Positions 17,968 to 27,347 of a DNA stretch of 64,000 nt are shown piece after piece. The position numbers and the translations under genes were made by a program. Position 1 is the first letter of the stretch. Every line of letters starts with the position of its first letter. This stretch comes from Myxococcota bacterium (lineage in GTDB: Bacteria; Myxococcota_A; UBA796; SXON01). The stretch spans positions 354,186 through 418,185 of the forward strand of contig JAZKFH010000019.1 of the NCBI GenBank assembly GCA_040386535.1, read 5' to 3'. The notes beneath the pieces are model-generated. The model did not search any database. It was not told where the DNA came from and saw nothing but the letters and a program-made list of their open reading frames with translations.

Positions 17968-19208
17968 CCCAGCCCGGCCACGATCCGCGCGACGAGATCG
18001 GGGATGTCGGCGGCCTCGATGGAGCAGAACGCGATGCGCAGCGCGTTGGCGCTCGGCACCGCGATGACGCCGACGGAGTGCTCCTTCAACAGGCGCTGGC
18101 GCATCGCCTCCGCGTTCTGGCCGTCGGGGAGGGGGAGCAGCGCGAAGCAGCCGCTGTTGAAGGGGAGCGCCTCGAGCCCGCTCTGGGCGAGGCCGTCCCG
18201 CAACGCGTGGTACCGCTCGGCGAGGACGCCGATGACCGCGGCGTGTTCGGCGGCCAACGTGGGGGACGACAATGCGCCGAGCACAGCCGCTTGCGACGGG
18301 GTGGACACGCTGGACACGGTCCCGCGGAGCACGGACGCGGCCTTCTCGGCGAGCGCCTGGCCCGCGGCGCCGCTCGCGGAGAACGTCAGGAAGCCCACCC
18401 GGCCCCCGAAGAAGACGAGCTCCTTGGTGGCGCCGTCGACCTTGCAGACGAGCGCCCTCGTCTTGTCGACCGCGGCGGCGAGCGCGCCGTAGAGGCTCTT
18501 CCCGTACAGCGCCGTGTCGAAGAACAGGCCGTTGTACGCGTCGTCACAGACGATGCACACGGGGTGCGGATGGGCGGCCAGGAGCCGCACGAGCGCCGCG
18601 ACCTCGTCCGGGAACGGCGCGTAGCCCGTGGGGTTGGACGGGAAGTTGAGCAGCACCATCGCCGGGCCGTCGAGCCGCGCGAGGGTGGCGGCGAGCCCTG
18701 CCACGTTGAAGCGGCGATCGGGCCCGAAGAAGGGGTAGGTCACGAGCGGCGCGCCGGTGCGCATCGTGAAGATCTGGTCGTAATTGTCCCAGTAGGGCGT
18801 GCCGAGGACCACCGGCACGTCGGGCCCCGTGAACAGGTCGGCGCACAACGAGAGGCCGTGCGTGATGCCGGAGGCGACGACCGGGACGCTGGCCGGCACG
18901 CCGTCGGGGAGCGCAAGATGCCGGCGCCAGGCCTCTCGCAGCGGGGCGAGCCCGTATTGCGAGGCGTAGAGGAGCGAGCTGGTGTCGGGGAAGCCCGAGT
19001 AGTACCGGACCAGGGAGGGCAGGGCGAGGGGCCGGCCGGCGCCGTCGGTGATCTGGCCGATCGTGGCCTTGCGGAGCGCGCCCCGCGCCTGCTCCGACTG
19101 CTGCGGAATGCCGAGCGGCATGGCCGCGCGATGCCCGAGGGGCGAGAGCAGGCTCAGCGCACCGGGGTGGCCGTCCTGAAGCAAGGAATGGAGTTCCGCT
19201 GGAGTCAT
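17964..19208 (-). CDS. PLP-dependent aminotransferase class I/II
   Basis: YWDNY, LNFPSNPTGY, DDAY, KVDGATKE...GGRVGF; GAGGAG RBS. Confidence 0.9.
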   Translation of the reverse strand: MTPAELHSLLQDGHPGALSLLSPLGHRAAMPLGIPQQSEQARGALRKATIGQITDGAGRPLALPSLVRYYSGFPDTSSLLYASQYGLAPLREAWRRHLALPDGVPASVPVVASGITHGLSLCADLFTGPDVPVVLGTPYWDNYDQIFTMRTGAPLVTYPFFGPDRRFNVAGLAATLARLDGPAMVLLNFPSNPTGYAPFPDEVAALVRLLAAHPHPVCIVCDDAYNGLFFDTALYGKSLYGALAAAVDKTRALVCKVDGATKELVFFGGRVGFLTFSASGAAGQALAEKAASVLRGTVSSVSTPSQAAVLGALSSPTLAAEHAAVIGVLAERYHALRDGLAQSGLEALPFNSGCFALLPLPDGQNAEAMRQRLLKEHSVGVIAVPSANALRIAFCSIEAADIPDLVARIVAGLG

Positions 19209-19322
19209 GGGCTCCTCGATGGCCGTTCTGTGGCGGTAGCAGTCGCAGCCGTGGGGCTGTTCGTTCTACCGTTGTATCGCCCTGACGCCGTGTCTCGTGT
19301 GGCCGCTGGCTCGACCCCCGCA

Positions 19323-19328
19323 TAACTT
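19323..19328 (+). promoter_or_regulatory. Putative -10 box TAACTT 6 nt upstream of the cbbQ-like GTG (leaderless-type)
   Basis: caTAACTTccgggcGTG, no SD. Confidence 0.42.
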
Positions 19329-19334
19329 CCGGGC

Positions 19335-20147
19335 GTGCGTCAGCTCACCCCCGCCGTCGAAGACTATCTCGTCCGCCACGAACCGTTCTACCTCCCGGCA
19401 TCGGACGAGGTGGGGCTGTTCGAGAGCGCGTGGCGCGCCCAGCTGCCCGTCCTGCTCAAGGGGCCGACCGGTTGCGGGAAGACTCGCTTCGTGGCGCACA
19501 TGGCGTGGCGCCTCGGGAGGCCCCTCATCACGGTGGCCTGCCACGAGGACCTCGCCGCGTCGGATCTGCTCGGGCGTTTTCTCCTCCAGGGAGATGAGAC
19601 CGTGTGGGTCGACGGGCCGCTCACCACCGCCGTCCGCCACGGCGCGATCGTGTATCTGGACGAGGTGGTCGAGGCCCGCAAGGACTCGCTCGTCGTCATC
19701 CACCCGCTGACCGACGATCGCCGCATCCTTCCCATCGATCGCCTCGCGACCATCCTGCGCGCGCCGGCCGAGTTCATGATGGTGATCAGCTACAACCCCG
19801 GGTACCAGTCGGTCCTCAAGGAGCTCAAGCCCTCCACCCGGCAGCGCTTCGTGAGCCTCGACTTCAAGTACCCGGGCGCCGATGTCGAGCGGGACGTGCT
19901 GATCCGCGAGGCGGGCCTCGATCACGACCGCGCCAGCCGGCTCGTCAAGGTTGCGGAGAAGATCCGCAACCTGACGGATCGGGGCCTGGAAGAGGGCGTG
20001 TCCACCCGGCTGCTCGTCTACTGCGGCAAACTCTTCGCCCAGGGTGTCGAGCCGCGCGCAGCGTGCCGGGCCGCGTTCACGCGCACCCTCACGGACGACC
20101 GCGATCTGCAGCGCACGATCGAAGAGATCGCGGCGGACTTCTTCTGA
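19335..20147 (+). CDS. CbbQ/NirQ/NorQ family MoxR AAA+ ATPase (copy 1)
   Basis: [64 protein letters not shown]. Confidence 0.95.
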   Translation: MRQLTPAVEDYLVRHEPFYLPASDEVGLFESAWRAQLPVLLKGPTGCGKTRFVAHMAWRLGRPLITVACHEDLAASDLLGRFLLQGDETVWVDGPLTTAVRHGAIVYLDEVVEARKDSLVVIHPLTDDRRILPIDRLATILRAPAEFMMVISYNPGYQSVLKELKPSTRQRFVSLDFKYPGADVERDVLIREAGLDHDRASRLVKVAEKIRNLTDRGLEEGVSTRLLVYCGKLFAQGVEPRAACRAAFTRTLTDDRDLQRTIEEIAADFF

Positions 20148-20257
20148 TCTCGGAGCGCGCGGCCCTTGATCGCGGGCGCGCGGCATCTTCTGGGGACTAC
20201 TTGGGGCACTACGCTTCGAGGCGGGACGGGCATCGGTAGAACACCGAGGGGGGATCG

Positions 20258-22729
20258 CTGGCCGAGCGCAAGAAGAACGTCTTCACCGAGACGCTGGGCC
20301 GGATCGACACGCGGCTGCGCCAGGCGCGGCCGGCGGTCGGGCTCGCGCGGCTGCACGGCGGCGCGCTGCGGGCGTACCTGCGCTACCGCGGCGCCGTGGA
20401 GTCGGGGCTGGGCGCGCCAGAGGCCGAGGCCTACGGGGATCTGGTCGTGGCCGTGGCAAAGAAGGACGGTGACCTCGCCCGGGTGATCGCGCTCACGCTC
20501 CCCGACCAGCTCGCCCGCGTCGAGCCGGGGCGGCGGGTGTTCTACTTTCGGCTCCTGCGCGAGGTCCTGGGGGTGCGGCCGCCGGCGCTGCCGCTGGTCG
20601 CGCGCACCCTGCCGGATCTCCTCCCGTCGATGGAGGACGACGCGCTGCGCGCCTTCATCGCGCGCGGGCTGGTGCTGCACCGCGAGTCCCACCACAAGGC
20701 CGAGAGCTTCCTGCGCCAGGAGTCGGGCGTCGGGCAGGCGGCGGCGCGCGAGCTCGAGCGGGGCGTGAGCCTCGCCGAGGTCAACCGCACGCTCACGCTC
20801 TACGCACGCGCACATTGCGGCGAGGACGTCCAGGTGCGCGCCGGCTCCGGCACGGCCTTCTCCGACGGGCACCACATCTACCTCCCGGAGCGGGTCGACC
20901 GGTACGGAGACGATCGCGACTTCCTCGTCTACCGGGTGCAGACGGCGCTCTCGGTCGGGTACCTCGAGTTCGGCACCTTTGATCTGGAGCTCGGCAAGCT
21001 CGCCGGCCGCTGGCCCGATCGGGCCGACGGGGAAGGGGAGCTCGAACGCTACTTCCGTGCGTTCATGAACAAGTCGCTGGCGCGCGACCTGTTCCAGATC
21101 CTGGAGGACGCCCGGGTAGAGGGGCGCATCCGCCGCGCGTATCCGGGCGTGGCCCGTGACCTCGACCGCCTCGGCGCGTCGTTCCGCGGCGATCGGCCGG
21201 ATCCGAAGGCCCCGGCCGCGCGGGCGATCGAGGCGCTGGCGCGGCACGCCTGGGCCCTCGATCGGCTCCCGATCGGCCCGGCCGAGGAGGCCGCCATCGC
21301 GCCGCTGGTCGACCTGCTCGCCCGCATCCACGAGCTGGACGTCGGCGATGTCGCCGCCGCCGTGCGCGCCGCGTACCCGGCGGTCGAGGGGCTGATGCGC
21401 CGCGCGGAGGACGGCAAGCCGCCCCGGAGTGACGGCGACAAGCGCCCCCAGCGCCCCGGTCCTGAGGGCGATCTCCCCCAGCCCGAGGCCCTCTTCGAGC
21501 CGCCGCCGCTCGCGCCACGTATTCGCCCGGAGCAGGCCGGAGGCGACGAGCGCCGCCTCGAGGACGAAGCCCAGCGGCTGCTCCGCGAGATGCGCCAACA
21601 CGGGGAAGACGCGACGCCGTCCGATGCGCGCCGCCAGGCGCGCGAGGCCGACCGCAAGGAAGCCGAAGGCGCCAGCTACGAGGAGATGGAGGGGTTCCTC
21701 GACCGCAACCCGTCCCCCGGCGGCGCCATCGTGGACGACAAGGGCACGACCCCCGACGCGCCATCCCGCGCCGCGTCGGGCGCGCCGGTCGATCCCGACG
21801 TGGTCGGCGGCGCGAAGACCTTCGCGTACCGCGAGTGGGACACCGCGATCGAGGACTACAAGCCGCGCTGGGTCACCGTGCGGGAGCAGCGCCTCAAGGA
21901 GGGCTCGCGCGAGTTCGTGGACGACGTGATGCGGCGCGAGAAGCGCCACGTCGACGCCTTGCGGCGCCGCTTCGAGGCGATGCGGCCGCAGGGCCTCGTG
22001 AAGCACCGCGGGCTGGTGGACGGCGACGAGCTCGACATCGACCGCGTCGTCGAGTCCCGGGTCGCGCGGCGCCTCGGCCAGGAGCCGAGCGATCGGCTCT
22101 ACATCCGCCGCGTGCGCGAGCAGCGCGACGTGGCCGTGGCCTTCCTCATCGACATGTCGTCCTCCACGAACGAATCGGCGGACGGATCGTCGCGCCGCAT
22201 CATCGACGTGGAGAAGGAGGCGCTCATCGTCGCGGCGGAGGCGCTCCACGCGCTCGGGGACCCCTTCGCGATCTGGGGGTTCTCCGGCTACGGTCGCGAT
22301 CACGTGGCGTTCTACGTGGCGAAGGAGTTCGCCGAACCGTACGACGACCGCGCGCGCGAGCGGATCGGGCGCATCACGTTCAAGATGGAGAACCGGGACG
22401 GCGCGGCCATCCGACACGCCACGGCCAAGCTCCAGAAGCAGCCGGCACGCGTCCGCCTGCTGTTCCTGCTCTCCGACGGAAAGCCGCTCGACTGCGGCTG
22501 CGACCACTACTACGACCGCTACGCGCAGGACGACACGCGCGCGGCGCTCCGAGAGGCGCGCAAGCTCGGCATCCACCCCTTTTGCGTCACGGTGGATCCG
22601 ACGGGGCCGTCGTACCTCGCGCGGATGTACGGTGACGTTGCCTACACGGTCATCGATCGCCTCGACGCACTGCCGGCGCGGTTGATGCGCGTCTACGGCC
22701 GCCTCGCGATGAGCGGGAACCGGACGTGA
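20258..22729 (+). CDS. CbbO/NorD family VWA-domain adaptor (copy 1); probable CTG start at 20258 (ORF-track start GTG 20396)
   Basis: SDGHHIYLP, LEDARVE, YREWD, MIDAS DMSSS, NRDGAAIRHA, SDGKP; GAGGGGG precedes an in-frame CTG just after an in-frame TAG (20237-20239). Confidence 0.9.
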   Translation: MAERKKNVFTETLGRIDTRLRQARPAVGLARLHGGALRAYLRYRGAVESGLGAPEAEAYGDLVVAVAKKDGDLARVIALTLPDQLARVEPGRRVFYFRLLREVLGVRPPALPLVARTLPDLLPSMEDDALRAFIARGLVLHRESHHKAESFLRQESGVGQAAARELERGVSLAEVNRTLTLYARAHCGEDVQVRAGSGTAFSDGHHIYLPERVDRYGDDRDFLVYRVQTALSVGYLEFGTFDLELGKLAGRWPDRADGEGELERYFRAFMNKSLARDLFQILEDARVEGRIRRAYPGVARDLDRLGASFRGDRPDPKAPAARAIEALARHAWALDRLPIGPAEEAAIAPLVDLLARIHELDVGDVAAAVRAAYPAVEGLMRRAEDGKPPRSDGDKRPQRPGPEGDLPQPEALFEPPPLAPRIRPEQAGGDERRLEDEAQRLLREMRQHGEDATPSDARRQAREADRKEAEGASYEEMEGFLDRNPSPGGAIVDDKGTTPDAPSRAASGAPVDPDVVGGAKTFAYREWDTAIEDYKPRWVTVREQRLKEGSREFVDDVMRREKRHVDALRRRFEAMRPQGLVKHRGLVDGDELDIDRVVESRVARRLGQEPSDRLYIRRVREQRDVAVAFLIDMSSSTNESADGSSRRIIDVEKEALIVAAEALHALGDPFAIWGFSGYGRDHVAFYVAKEFAEPYDDRARERIGRITFKMENRDGAAIRHATAKLQKQPARVRLLFLLSDGKPLDCGCDHYYDRYAQDDTRAALREARKLGIHPFCVTVDPTGPSYLARMYGDVAYTVIDRLDALPARLMRVYGRLAMSGNRT

Positions 22730-23277
22730 GCGAGCCCGTCCGACCTCCACGCGGCGGCGTCGTGCTCGTCTCCACCGAGGGGGCGCACGAGCCGTTCGTG
22801 GCGATGCTCGAGGCCGCCGGCTTCGTGGTGGTCGTGGCCGAGCTCGGCTTCGATCCAACGGACCCGGAGGTCATCCGCATCGTCACGACGGCGCGGGATC
22901 GGCTCCCTCCTGGCGCGCGCTTCGTCGTCGGTCTCGGCGGCGGCGGGTTGTACGCACGGCTCGCCGCCTGCGCCGTGCTCGGCCTCGCGGGCGCCGTCGG
23001 CTTCGGGGGGCGCATCAGCTATTCGGGCGTGAACTTGCGCCAGCCCATCCAGCCGATGGATCTGCTGCCCGGGCTCTCGTGCCCGCTCCAATGCCACTTC
23101 CGAGCCGACGATCCCGCCGCGCCGGCTGCCCACGTGGACGAGCTGGAGCGGCGTCTCGCTGGTGCGTGCCAGCCCTGGCAGGTGTTCCGATACACAGCCT
23201 GCACCGAAGCCGACACGCGCACCGCATGGGGCCGCGCGTGTAGCTTCCTCATGCACCTCGCCGCCGAACGAGCTTGA
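22726..23277 (+). CDS. Dienelactone-hydrolase-like alpha/beta-hydrolase fold protein, apparently lacking catalytic residues
   Basis: VVGLGGGGLYA in place of GFCxGG; PMDLLPGLSCPLQCHFRADDP; AWGRACSFL; GTGA overlap with the VWA gene. Confidence 0.65.
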   Translation: MSEPVRPPRGGVVLVSTEGAHEPFVAMLEAAGFVVVVAELGFDPTDPEVIRIVTTARDRLPPGARFVVGLGGGGLYARLAACAVLGLAGAVGFGGRISYSGVNLRQPIQPMDLLPGLSCPLQCHFRADDPAAPAAHVDELERRLAGACQPWQVFRYTACTEADTRTAWGRACSFLMHLAAERA

Positions 23278-23307
23278 GGGTTAGACGACCACGAACCACG
23301 GAGCCTC

Positions 23308-23574
23308 ATGCTCACCGACCTGCTCACGCTGCTGCCGACGCTGCCGCCCCTCTTCTTCGCGCCCGAAGGCGACGACACCGACACCGCCGAAGAGGCGGAC
23401 GATGACGACTGGGAGGACGAGGACTGGGACGACGAGGACGAGGAGGAGTCGGAAGAAGAGGGCGACGACCTCGTCAGCGACGAAGACGAGGATGAAGACG
23501 AGGACGAAGAGGACGACGACTGGGAGGACGACGACTGGGAAGACGACGACGAGGAAGAAGAAGAGGAAGAGTAG
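23308..23574 (+). CDS. Hyper-acidic 88-aa small protein
   Basis: GGAG RBS; hydrophobic/Pro N-terminus followed by an Asp/Glu tract with four Trp; 56/88 D+E, no K/R/H. Confidence 0.7.
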   Translation: MLTDLLTLLPTLPPLFFAPEGDDTDTAEEADDDDWEDEDWDDEDEEESEEEGDDLVSDEDEDEDEDEEDDDWEDDDWEDDDEEEEEEE

Positions 23575-23636
23575 ACCCCTCCCTTCCGCCGCCGCCGTGG
23601 TCCGTTGGCGGGCGCCCGCCGTGCGCGGCGCCGCTG

Positions 23637-26600
23637 TCAGCCCGGCCGCTCCTGCGCGATCTTGGCGGCCACCCGGTCGAGCAGCGCATCGAGGTGGGCG
23701 TAGTCGGCGGGCGCCCAATCCGGCAGGCGGTGCAGCTTCCCCGTGCGCGTGAGCAGCACGCCCGCGCGCGCGACCTGCTCGCCGTGGTTCGCCTCGAGCA
23801 CACGCGACGCGGCGACGCTGTAGGCCAGCAGCTGATCGCGGTGTTCGGCGAGCACCTCGGCGCCGTCGGCGCTGGCGCGCACGGACTTGTAGTCGACCAC
23901 CATCCATGCACCGTCGACCGGATCGCGGCACAAACGGTCCAAACGACCGTCGAGCGTGACGGAGCCGCGCACCAGGCGCACCTTGAGCTCCTCGTAGCCG
24001 TCCGTGGCGAGCACCGCGGCCACGTCCGGGCTCTCACGCAACACGTCGACCTGGGCGGCCACCGTGTGCCATCCGCGCTCGATCGTGTCCGCGTCGAGGC
24101 CCTCGGCGTGCGCGGCGGCGTCCCAACGCGCGCGTGCGAACGTGGGGTCATCCAGGAGGTTGTCCTCCAGCAGGCCGTGGAGCACCTCACCGCGGAGGCC
24201 CGCGAGGAGGGCGTGCTCGGCGACGAGGGGCGTGTCCCCGGCGGCTGACCGGGGCTCCTGCCGGGGCTCCCCGCCATGGGGCTCGCCGCCCGCGCGGCGC
24301 GTGAGCTTGTCGGGAATGCGGAGCACGTGGCGGTGGTACCAGGCGTCCGGATCCGCCGCGAACAGGGCGAGCGAGCTCGGGGACACCTCCACGCGCGACG
24401 CGGAGGCCACCGGCGCTAGGCGCAGAGCCAGGTCGGCGGGGGGCGGGTCGAGCGGGGGAGGGGCCTGGGGCGGCGCGGGCGGGGCAGGGGTCTCTTCGAG
24501 GAGCTCCCGGGTGAGCCACTCCGGATCCTCGGCGTGCAGGGCCTCGTGCGCGTGCTGGAGGTCCGACCAGGAGCCGGCCCGCGCCATCTCGGGCGCCTTC
24601 GCCTTGCGTGCGCCGACGAGCACGAGGTGATCGCGAGCGCGGGTGCACGCGACGTAGAACAGGCGGCGCGCCTCGGCGGCCTCGACCTCGGCGCCGTGGG
24701 CGCGTAGGATGCCGAGGAGACCGGGCTTCGCCAGCTGGTCCACCGCGGCGAAGCGGTCGGGCACGGCGCACGCGAGCTCCCATTGTTCACCCATTCGGCG
24801 GCGCAGGACGCCCCCGGCGTCTCCGTTGCTGGCCCAGCGCGCGCCGAGATCCGGCAGCACCACCACGGGGTACTCCAGCCCCTTGCTGGCGTGTACGGTG
24901 AGGATCGCGACGCGCGCGGTGGTGTTCGGCGCGGCCGCCTCGGCATCCGCGGCGTCGGACTCGACGCGCTCGACGAGGTGGGCGGCAAAGGCGTCGAGGC
25001 TCGCGCCGCGTTGCTCGTAGCGGTCCGCGAGGGAGAGGAGGCGTTCCAGGTTGGCGGCGCCGCGGCCGCCGGGCGCGGAGAGACCCTGGGTCCAAGCCTG
25101 GCGGGTGCGCGTGATCACCGCGTGGACGAGCTCGGCGACGCTCAGGTGGTCCTTGAGCCGCGCGAGCGCCTGCCAGTCCGCCAGCGCGGTGCGGATGCGT
25201 CGGTTTTCCGCGAGGTGCGTGGGGAGGCCGGTGCCCACCTCCGCGCCGCCGGAGAAGAGCCGCAGGTGCCGCGCGGACGCGAGATCCCAGAGGTCCTGGT
25301 CGGTGAGGCCGAACAACGGGGAGCGGAGCGCCGCCACCAGCGAGATGTCATCGCGACGCACGAACGCGTGGAGCACGTTCGCCACGTCCATCACCTCGGG
25401 GCGGCTCCAGAAGCCGACCCCGCCCACCACCACGTAGGGGATGCCGCGGGCGCGGAGCGCCGCCTCGTAGGTGAGGAGGTGGCGGCGGCGCCGCAGCAGG
25501 ATGGCCACCGGCGGGGTGGGGTGCTTCGACGCATCGTGGAGCCCGAGGCCCGCGTACGCGCCCTTCTCCGCCAGCACCTCCTCCGCGAGGAGCCGCGCGA
25601 TCCAGGCCGCCTCGCGCACGGCGTCGGTTCCCGAGCGCTCGTAGGTCGCGACGCGCACCGTGCCGCCGGTGTCCTTGCGGCCGGGCGCGAGGGCGGCGAA
25701 CGGCGCCTCCCAGGCGGGCCGATCCGGCATCCCCGGGAGCGAAGGGGCGCCGAGCACGTCGGCGAAGAGGCGGTTGAAGAAGGCGATCAGCTCGGGCCGG
25801 CTGCGGTAGTTGGTCGAGAGCTCGACCGCGTGGCGCACGGTGCGGCGCGCGGCGTTGAACACCTGGACATCGCCGCCGCGAAAACCGTAGATCGCCTGCT
25901 TCACGTCGCCCACGAAGAAGAGGCGGTCGTTCCCGCTGGGCGCTCCATCGGGGGGAGCCCCCTCCGCGGAGGCGCCGAGCAGCGGAGCGCCGTGCGGCCG
26001 CGTGAGGGCCTCGACGATGGACCATTGCAGCCCGTCGGTGTCCTGGAACTCGTCGACCATGACGTAGCGGTGGCGCCGACGGAGCTCCTCGGCGATGGCG
26101 CCGCCCTCCGCGAAGGCGGCACGCACGCGGAGCTGGAGCTCGGTGAAGTCCACGCCACCCGCGGCGCGCAGGCCCGCACCGAGGCGCTCGATCGCGTCGA
26201 TCGCGAGGCCGCTCAGCGCGCGGAGCACCTCGAGCAGGGTGCGATCGTGGCGGTTGGGGAGGCGGCGCACGCTGTCGAGCCGCGGCACCCAGGCCTCGAT
26301 CTGGTCCTGGAGGTCCTGGATCGGGGCCCGGGACGCCGCGTGGCGCGCGCCCCAGTCGGCCTTCTTGCCCGTGGTGGAGTGGTGCGAGAGGCTCCGCACG
26401 CCCTTGCTGCCCTCGACCGTCTGCACCGCGGCCGCGTAGTTCTCGTAGAGCGCGAAGGGATCGGCCTGGGCGAACAGCGTGGCGTTCGTGTCGGGGAAGA
26501 GCGCCGCCCGGGTCTCGGCGAGGCGGGCAAGGAAGGGGGTGTCGATGCCCTCGGCCACGCGGAGCAACGTGTCGACGAAGGTGCGCCACTCGTCGCGCAG

Positions 26601-27347
26601 GAACGCGTGGGCCTGCGCCGCGGAGAGCGGGGCGCGGGCGAGCAGATCGGCCTCGCCGATCCGGCCCTCGTGATGCGCGCGGAGGGTCGGCTCCACCTCG
26701 CCGCGCGCGCGGACGAGGGACACGACTACGTCGATGAGCGCGGCCCTGCCGCCGAACGTGTGCAGGAGCAACCCGACGTTGGTGGGGGTGGGCCCAGGGG
26801 GCTCGGTGAGGCGATGGTCGACCGCGGCCACGGCCGACTCGTACACGAGCGCTGTCGCGTCCCGCTCCTCGAGGATGGTGAAGCCGGGGGGCGTGTTGGT
26901 CTCCGCGGGGAACTCGCGGAGGATGCGCGCGCAGAAGCCGTGGAAGGTGGAGATGGCGGCGCCCGCGAAGCGGTCCCGCAGCGACTCCCACCGCGAGCGC
27001 AGCCGGTTCAGCTCCTTCTCGGACATCCCCGCCGCGCCGAGCCTCTCCGCGTCCGTACGGAGCTGCCGCGCCACGGCCGAGGTGGCGGCGTAGCAGCGCT
27101 CGCGCATCTCCTGGGCGGCCTTCTCCGTGAAGGTGAGCACGAGGATCTCGGCGATGTCGGGCTTGCCCCCCTCCACGAGGCGCTGCAGGAGCGTGACGAA
27201 TCGAGCGGCCAGCGTGGAGGTCTTCCCGGCGCCGGCACCGGCGCTCACGGCCACCTCGCGGTCGGAGACCAGGGCGCCCGCCTGCTCCTCGGAGAGACGC
27301 TCGAATTCGAGGAGCAGCCGGCCATGGCCGACGTCGAGGCGGATCAT
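23637..27347 (-). CDS. addA: AddA-like UvrD helicase with C-terminal PD-(D/E)XK nuclease
   Basis: AGAGAGKT, LTFTEKAA, DEFQDT, GDVKQAIYGFRG, TVHASKGLEYP, RLFYVACTRAR, GRLDRL..VVDYKS; ATGA overlap with addB. Confidence 0.9.
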   Translation of the reverse strand: MIRLDVGHGRLLLEFERLSEEQAGALVSDREVAVSAGAGAGKTSTLAARFVTLLQRLVEGGKPDIAEILVLTFTEKAAQEMRERCYAATSAVARQLRTDAERLGAAGMSEKELNRLRSRWESLRDRFAGAAISTFHGFCARILREFPAETNTPPGFTILEERDATALVYESAVAAVDHRLTEPPGPTPTNVGLLLHTFGGRAALIDVVVSLVRARGEVEPTLRAHHEGRIGEADLLARAPLSAAQAHAFLRDEWRTFVDTLLRVAEGIDTPFLARLAETRAALFPDTNATLFAQADPFALYENYAAAVQTVEGSKGVRSLSHHSTTGKKADWGARHAASRAPIQDLQDQIEAWVPRLDSVRRLPNRHDRTLLEVLRALSGLAIDAIERLGAGLRAAGGVDFTELQLRVRAAFAEGGAIAEELRRRHRYVMVDEFQDTDGLQWSIVEALTRPHGAPLLGASAEGAPPDGAPSGNDRLFFVGDVKQAIYGFRGGDVQVFNAARRTVRHAVELSTNYRSRPELIAFFNRLFADVLGAPSLPGMPDRPAWEAPFAALAPGRKDTGGTVRVATYERSGTDAVREAAWIARLLAEEVLAEKGAYAGLGLHDASKHPTPPVAILLRRRRHLLTYEAALRARGIPYVVVGGVGFWSRPEVMDVANVLHAFVRRDDISLVAALRSPLFGLTDQDLWDLASARHLRLFSGGAEVGTGLPTHLAENRRIRTALADWQALARLKDHLSVAELVHAVITRTRQAWTQGLSAPGGRGAANLERLLSLADRYEQRGASLDAFAAHLVERVESDAADAEAAAPNTTARVAILTVHASKGLEYPVVVLPDLGARWASNGDAGGVLRRRMGEQWELACAVPDRFAAVDQLAKPGLLGILRAHGAEVEAAEARRLFYVACTRARDHLVLVGARKAKAPEMARAGSWSDLQHAHEALHAEDPEWLTRELLEETPAPPAPPQAPPPLDPPPADLALRLAPVASASRVEVSPSSLALFAADPDAWYHRHVLRIPDKLTRRAGGEPHGGEPRQEPRSAAGDTPLVAEHALLAGLRGEVLHGLLEDNLLDDPTFARARWDAAAHAEGLDADTIERGWHTVAAQVDVLRESPDVAAVLATDGYEELKVRLVRGSVTLDGRLDRLCRDPVDGAWMVVDYKSVRASADGAEVLAEHRDQLLAYSVAASRVLEANHGEQVARAGVLLTRTGKLHRLPDWAPADYAHLDALLDRVAAKIAQERPG

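Noticed and set aside
19335..22729. Calling carbon fixation or denitrification from cbbQ/cbbO-like genes
   Set aside because: No Rubisco or nor/nir structural gene in the window, so no gene symbols were assigned
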